From: a virus
Lineage: Duplodnaviria; Caudoviricetes
DNA: 31,521 nt
Direction: 5' to 3' (one strand)
IMG/VR virus record: IMGVR_UViG_3300037422_000339
Coordinates: 1-31,521 of that record
Part shown: positions 27,335 through 31,521 of the stretch, piece after piece
How the letters are laid out: each line of letters starts with the position of its first letter
Position numbering within the stretch: position 1 is the first letter of the stretch
Notes under the pieces: generated by a model
The model's input: the letters and a program-made list of their open reading frames with translations, nothing else
What the model was told of the DNA's origin: nothing
Database searches by the model: none
Position numbers and translations under genes: made by a program

Positions 27335-27811
27335 CTACGTCGGCTCAGGCGCCCACGACGAGACAGCCATGCCCACGACCCCGTCTTCGATCTTGAAGTA
27401 GGCGACGCCGTCGGGCCCAGGCCGCTTGAAGCCGGGCTGGCACCACGACTGCCACTCTACCCCGGTGACCGCGCCCTTCTCGAAACTGCTGCACTGACGC
27501 ACTTCAAGCCACGAGGCCCTGGAATGCAGGCTTCGCCGCTGCGTGCTGAACAGCACCCCCGCGATCTTCCAGATGGTCGTACCGCCGCGATACCCGCTGA
27601 CCCAGCAGGATCGCGTGTAGCTGGTGGCGGGCGTCTCGGCGGTACTGACGGCTGTCAAATGATTGCGACACGCGTAGCAATCAGTCTGGTGGCCCGGCAC
27701 CACCGCGCCGCCCGAAGACCGCGCGATCACGTGCAAACACTCGCCGCACAAGGGCCGCGAGCCCCGCCAGCTTACCGCCGGCACCGCCACCTTGATCGCC
27801 GTATCGCTCAC
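27335..27811 (-). CDS. Hypothetical Zn-finger protein (CGEC...CYAC)
   Basis: 158 aa; GTG start with AAGGA SD. Confidence 0.65.
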   Translation of the reverse strand: MSDTAIKVAVPAVSWRGSRPLCGECLHVIARSSGGAVVPGHQTDCYACRNHLTAVSTAETPATSYTRSCWVSGYRGGTTIWKIAGVLFSTQRRSLHSRASWLEVRQCSSFEKGAVTGVEWQSWCQPGFKRPGPDGVAYFKIEDGVVGMAVSSWAPEPT

Positions 27812-28223
27812 GTCGCCGTCCTTGTTGCAGGGGCAGACCAGGTGTTTTTGGTCCGCTTCTTTGTCGCGCCAGAATCGTAACGACCCGCAGGGTACCTTAG
27901 CAAGCCCCCGTGACCCCTACGGTTGTGCGTTTTCTTTAGGGGCGGCGCCGCCAACTGTCCAGTGATAGGCGCAACCAGCAAAGAGTCTCCCGACAAGACA
28001 ACCGACTGGACAGCGGTTTCTAAACGGTGGGGGCGCGCCTCGTAGTCCTGACCGCCACTTAGCGTCGATCAAGTACATGACGGATCGTGCAGGGCCCCGA
28101 CGCTCTTATCGATCGGCAGGACGGCTCACAACCCCATCGTCGAACACCCACCACCCACCTGTGAAGCTCTACCAGGCCCCGGCGGGTTGATCGGGGGTGG
28201 CGGTGTGGGGGCGGATCCTAGTT

Positions 28224-28352
28224 TTAATCTGAACGGGCGACCAGAGAGCGCCCCAAAAACCGCCGCACCAAGTGGTCGATCACGCGGCCCAACACCCGGC
28301 GGAACAACCAGTCGGCGGTACGGCGCCACCAAGAAGTCCTGACAGACGTCAC
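28224..28352 (-). CDS. Small cationic amphipathic peptide (42 aa)
   Basis: Manual translation MTSVRTSWWRRTADWLFRRVLGRVIDHLVRRFLGRSLVARSD; GTGA overlap with upstream stop. Confidence 0.45.
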   Translation of the reverse strand: MTSVRTSWWRRTADWLFRRVLGRVIDHLVRRFLGRSLVARSD

Positions 28353-28636
28353 GGAGGCGGTCGGCGCTTGCGGACTGGACGGCGCCGCGTGGGTGCCGGG
28401 GGCGTTTGACCCCGGGTCTCAAGCCGACCGTCCACGGCCTGCACGAACTGGACGGCCCGACCCGACCGGTACCCCGCCAGGAATGCCTCGGCGACGAAGC
28501 CTTCGGCCCAAGCGGGGGCCCGCTCAAGCTTGGCGGGGTTGAGAATCCACCGCTCGAACACCTGCTTGGCGTCGGCGTCAACGCTCCCCACGGTCAGCCT
28601 CATATCCTTCGTGTCCCGCAACACCTTGCCAGCCAC
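28349..28636 (-). CDS. Hypothetical protein
   Basis: Fits operon packing; true start may be ATG at 28603. Confidence 0.6.
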   Translation of the reverse strand: MAGKVLRDTKDMRLTVGSVDADAKQVFERWILNPAKLERAPAWAEGFVAEAFLAGYRSGRAVQFVQAVDGRLETRGQTPPAPTRRRPVRKRRPPP

Positions 28637-28787
28637 ACGCGCAGCAAAGCCTCAGGCGCCTTACGTAGTAGCGCAAGACAGCGTCCGGCAAGATCCACCG
28701 CCACAACGCCCTGAAGTGCTTCCTGGGACAGCCTGGATATGGTCCAGGCCAGCGAATCACACGTTGTGTCGGTAGCGTTTCCGTCAT
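28578..28787 (-). CDS. Small hypothetical Cys/His protein (69 aa)
   Basis: ATGA overlap with RNase H stop; CPRKH...CCAC. Confidence 0.45.
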   Translation of the reverse strand: MTETLPTQRVIRWPGPYPGCPRKHFRALWRWILPDAVLRYYVRRLRLCCACGWQGVAGHEGYEADRGER

Positions 28788-29440
28788 GGTGCCGACTGTA
28801 CCTTCCGGGCCTTGTTGGCGGCTCGAGCCTGGCGCTTCATTTCGGCCTTGTAAAAGAACTGCTGGCGCTCTGCGACGACGTCCCACCCGGCCTTGAAGCC
28901 GGTGGGCGGTAGACCCTTGAGCTTGGCGCAGGTACCGAAACACAGCCGATCGGCCCAGTCGTTGAACACACAGAAGTGGCTGCCGTCGCGTTGGTGGCCG
29001 CGCGTGTGAATGAATCGGACTGAGAGGCGCTTGACCTGCACGGTCTTGAGGATCGTGATGGTCAGGTCCACAACGGTGGCGTCGTTGGCGCCCCAGTTGC
29101 CAGTAAGCCACGCGGCCGACCCCAGGTAGTCGCTGACGAGCGACACAACCGACCCGTTGGGCTGGCACGAGACCCCAAGCAGCACGCCCCGCAACTCGGC
29201 GCCAACGTTCCGGGTTGAGTCAGGCGTCGTGAACGCGGACGTCCCGATCACCCAACGAAATGGACTGACCGTCACGGCCGTATGCCACCCCGACGACGAG
29301 CCGTCCGTGAAGACCCACCGGTGCTCGGCTTCAGGATTGGGCGGCTCGGCAATGTAGCGGCTGGTTCGCAACTGAACCCACCGGTTGGCTCGGCCCGCTG
29401 CTGTCTTGGGCTCAGTAGTCCACACGACCGGATCGATCAC
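28784..29440 (-). CDS. rnhA: Ribonuclease HI-family protein
   Basis: Catalytic motifs VFTDGS, RNVGAEL, VSDY, HTRGH, NDWADRL; start placed at GTG overlapping the upstream stop (GTGA). Confidence 0.88.
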   Translation of the reverse strand: MIDPVVWTTEPKTAAGRANRWVQLRTSRYIAEPPNPEAEHRWVFTDGSSSGWHTAVTVSPFRWVIGTSAFTTPDSTRNVGAELRGVLLGVSCQPNGSVVSLVSDYLGSAAWLTGNWGANDATVVDLTITILKTVQVKRLSVRFIHTRGHQRDGSHFCVFNDWADRLCFGTCAKLKGLPPTGFKAGWDVVAERQQFFYKAEMKRQARAANKARKVQSAP

Positions 29441-29901
29441 GAGTAGCGCTCTTCGCAGAACGGGCAATCGAACGTCCTGCCGTCCGACGGCCTCGTCACC
29501 ACACCCTCGCCCTTGCAGTGGGGGCAGTCTCGGTACCCGAACAACGGTTCTGGCGCGGGTGTCGGCTCACCTCGAGCCAACCTGAGCATGAGACTTCCGA
29601 GCGGCATTGGGTCGGTACTGCGCTCGAGCGCCAACAAGTGGCTCAAGATCTCGCTGGTGGGGATCGCGAAGGTGACGAGATCGTTGAGGCGTGTCTCGAG
29701 ATCCTGGTCGGATTGAAACACAGCCTCGAACGTCCGATCACGCATGGCTCTGGCGAATCTCACGACCGACGCGACCTGCACGACCTGTCCGGGGGTGAAC
29801 CGCCCGCCCCGGAAGTAGTGGGCGAGCAACTGCTGGGACGTCTCTTCGTCGATCTGGCCGCCGCGCCACGCCTGTTCCAATGTTCTGGTTGCTTGGTCCA
29901 T
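29437..29901 (-). CDS. Hypothetical protein with C-terminal DnaJ-type Zn ribbon
   Basis: CPHCKGEG...CPFC. Confidence 0.75.
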   Translation of the reverse strand: MDQATRTLEQAWRGGQIDEETSQQLLAHYFRGGRFTPGQVVQVASVVRFARAMRDRTFEAVFQSDQDLETRLNDLVTFAIPTSEILSHLLALERSTDPMPLGSLMLRLARGEPTPAPEPLFGYRDCPHCKGEGVVTRPSDGRTFDCPFCEERYS

Positions 29902-29907
29902 GTCACT

Positions 29908-29935
29908 GTTTTACCATAGGATCTAACTGTGTCAA
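29908..29935 (-). promoter_or_regulatory. Sigma70-like promoter, probably leaderless transcript
   Basis: TTGACA-16nt-TAAAAC with TG extension; ATG begins 7 nt after the -10; no SD. Confidence 0.5.
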
Positions 29936-30534
29936 CCGGAACCCCCGACTTCGTCGATCCCACCACACTCGTGGTCGAGCCGTTGGGTCCACTGGGCGAG
30001 TTCCCGCCACCCAGCCTCTTCTTCCCGACGATTGCGTGGGATCGGGCGGCTCTTGGGCCAGTCCAACAGAAACGGACGATCCCGTTCCGGCAGGGGATCC
30101 GAGTGGTCCGCCGGCACCGACTCGGGCGCCCACGGCTTAGGCCCGCACCCGCCCCACGAGCGCAGCAAGTTGGCCGCGTGGGCCTGTCCGCACCACCCGC
30201 ACGGCACCGGGACGGCGCCGCTCGTCGCTATCCACGCGGAAGCCTCTAGCTCGTGCCGCTCAATCATGACGACGGCGTCTTCTACGTCGGGAAGGTACCG
30301 GTGGGATTCAGGAAGCCGTTTGTAAACCGATTCGTAAACCAGTTCCCCACCGGGCGGGGCTTCCGGGACCAATTCGTCACCGGGTGGCGAGTCGGTTGAA
30401 CTGGCCGGTTCTACCTGGGGTCCAGCCGGCAACCGGTTTCCGAGAAGCTCTAAGAAACGCCCAAGCGAACAACCGTCCTGGGGACGGTGTCGTGTCGGTA
30501 CCGGTTGAACCGACGGTTCTTCCAACAGCAACAC
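29932..30534 (-). CDS. Hypothetical protein (CGWC..H motif)
   Basis: Start reassigned to GTG 30532-30534 just after the upstream stop; start uncertain. Confidence 0.55.
   Translation of the reverse strand: MLLLEEPSVQPVPTRHRPQDGCSLGRFLELLGNRLPAGPQVEPASSTDSPPGDELVPEAPPGGELVYESVYKRLPESHRYLPDVEDAVVMIERHELEASAWIATSGAVPVPCGWCGQAHAANLLRSWGGCGPKPWAPESVPADHSDPLPERDRPFLLDWPKSRPIPRNRREEEAGWRELAQWTQRLDHECGGIDEVGGSG
30428..30441. repeat. Dispersed palindrome, 13/14 match
   Basis: GGCAACCGGTTTCC. Confidence 0.7.
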
Positions 30535-30541
30535 CCTTGGG

Positions 30542-30823
30542 TTAGCTGGGCGGTGTCGTGTCGTCGGTCTTGGCCGGCGCCGTAACGTCGGCCGCGACCA
30601 TGACGGCCGCCAGACAATCATGGCAGACCTGACCGCTCAGGATAGAGCGGTTGACCCACCAGGCGTCGAGCCCTTCAACGACCGGTACGATCGGCGCCAC
30701 CTTCATGGTCATGGTCTTGGTGGCGGCGTCGTAGTGACGTTGGATCTCACCGACCTGACGGCCGCACAGACTCTTGCCGCCAGCGTCGGCGTCCAGATCG
30801 ATCAAACAAACGAGGTCCGCCAT
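30542..30823 (-). CDS. Small hypothetical Cys-containing protein
   Basis: 93 aa; strong SD AAGGAGG; SLCG...CHDC. Confidence 0.8.
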   Translation of the reverse strand: MADLVCLIDLDADAGGKSLCGRQVGEIQRHYDAATKTMTMKVAPIVPVVEGLDAWWVNRSILSGQVCHDCLAAVMVAADVTAPAKTDDTTPPS

Positions 30824-30890
30824 TCAGATCCCCTCCTTCCGGGCGCACGCTGATCTCGAAACATACGCTCTGTGGGTCAGTTAGGCATAC

Positions 30891-30919
30891 AGGCTATACG
30901 GACCCCACCGGAATGTCCA
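30891..30919 (-). promoter_or_regulatory. Leftward sigma70-like promoter
   Basis: TGGACA-17nt-TAGCCT, ~70 nt upstream of the first minus-strand gene. Confidence 0.45.
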
Positions 30920-31193
30920 CCATTAACTGGCGGCTCAGAACCGGGGCGTTAAGCGCCCCCAGACGAGATCTGAGCGGTGCCCGCACTCTCGGACGCGAGT
31001 CCCGAAATGCCAATCAATATGAACAGAACCCGCACAAGAACTATGCTCCCGTGATCTTCAATGGTTCAATCGATTGAGATAAAGGTAGTGCCGGTAGGGC
31101 CTGAGACCTATACGAAACGATTGTTTTGACTCGAGGGGGAGTCTTAGCGGGGAGGAACGAACAAGCTCCCGAAGGGCCCCGGGTGGGTGATTT

Positions 31194-31222
31194 TTGACAG
31201 GGGGTGGGGGGTGGGCGATAGT
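31194..31222 (+). promoter_or_regulatory. Rightward sigma70-like promoter
   Basis: TTGACA-17nt-GATAGT. Confidence 0.45.
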
Positions 31223-31468
31223 CTATGCGCCACAAAGAGTTACGTAACCCATGGGCGCCGCTAGGGCCGATGATAGCGCTATGCGTCATGAGCGCTGTAG
31301 GGTCGGTGAGGGGCAGGCGCTGCGGAAGCGAACCGCGGGGCGGCGCCAGTTTTGCCGTCGGGCAATACCCGCCCAATAGGCCAGCCGTATTCGGGTCCTA
31401 TTGGGATAGGGTAAGCGGCGCCGCGGGGCGGTTCAAACAAAATGCTTAACCCCACGGGACCGCAGGGC

Positions 31469-31495
31469 TTGCAGTTAGCCGTTGTGTGCTATAAT
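31469..31495 (+). promoter_or_regulatory. Rightward extended -10 promoter
   Basis: Perfect TGnTATAAT (31487-31495); TTGCAG 15 nt upstream of the -10. Confidence 0.55.
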
Positions 31496-31521
31496 GAGAG
31501 TGTCGCAAGTAGCGCATAGGA

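Larger units (their letters stand above)
1..31521 (-). mobile_element. Myovirus-type phage/prophage segment (morphogenesis operon plus upstream small-gene cluster)
   Basis: Co-oriented, tightly packed portal-protease-capsid-neck-sheath-tube-TMP-baseplate genes; no host housekeeping genes or att/integrase seen, so free phage vs prophage cannot be decided. Confidence 0.93.

Noticed and set aside
2172-30441. Palindrome copies as a CRISPR array, REP elements or terminators
   Set aside because: Only 14-16 bp, kilobases apart, no spacers or cas genes, and no loop, so a poor RNA hairpin
96-30853. Numerous other plus-strand and alternative-frame ORFs in the track
   Set aside because: They overlap well-supported minus-strand genes and show low-complexity Arg/Pro/Ser translations typical of GC-rich off-frames
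31041-31449. ORFs 31041-31376 (-) and 31225-31449 (+)
   Set aside because: No SD, atypical codon usage, overlap promoter-like elements; region treated as non-coding
1-31521. Alternative genetic code (TAG reassignment)
   Set aside because: Many genes (TMP, tube initiator, capsid, neck) end in TAG right before the next gene, and core genes are uninterrupted in code 11
1-31521. High frequency of GATC/CGATCG
   Set aside because: Plausibly explained by ATC/GAC/GTC codon usage in high-GC genes; excess cannot be shown without counting

Overview
High-GC window from a tailed bacteriophage or prophage with a contractile tail. Almost everything is encoded on the minus strand. In transcription order (right to left): a ~0.7 kb non-coding divergent-promoter region; a cluster of small, often Cys/Zn-motif genes including an RNase HI; the head module (PBSX-type portal, protease/scaffold, major capsid protein with an inserted domain); head-tail joining genes interrupted by ~5 kb of putative appendage/decoration genes; and an eCIS/T4-gp19-like tail module (sheath, tube, chaperone, tape measure, tube initiator, LysM, hub, spike), followed by two tandem paralogous Cys-containing proteins. 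No terminase, integrase, lysis or tRNA gene was recognised. The most unusual signals are (i) a 14-bp perfect palindrome GGCAACCGGTTGCC dispersed at least 8 times, both upstream of key genes and inside genes in three different reading frames, and (ii) one ~100-aa accessory domain inserted in both the capsid protein and the tail sheath, where one copy is nested inside another. All protein assignments come from motif recognition and synteny, not database searches.
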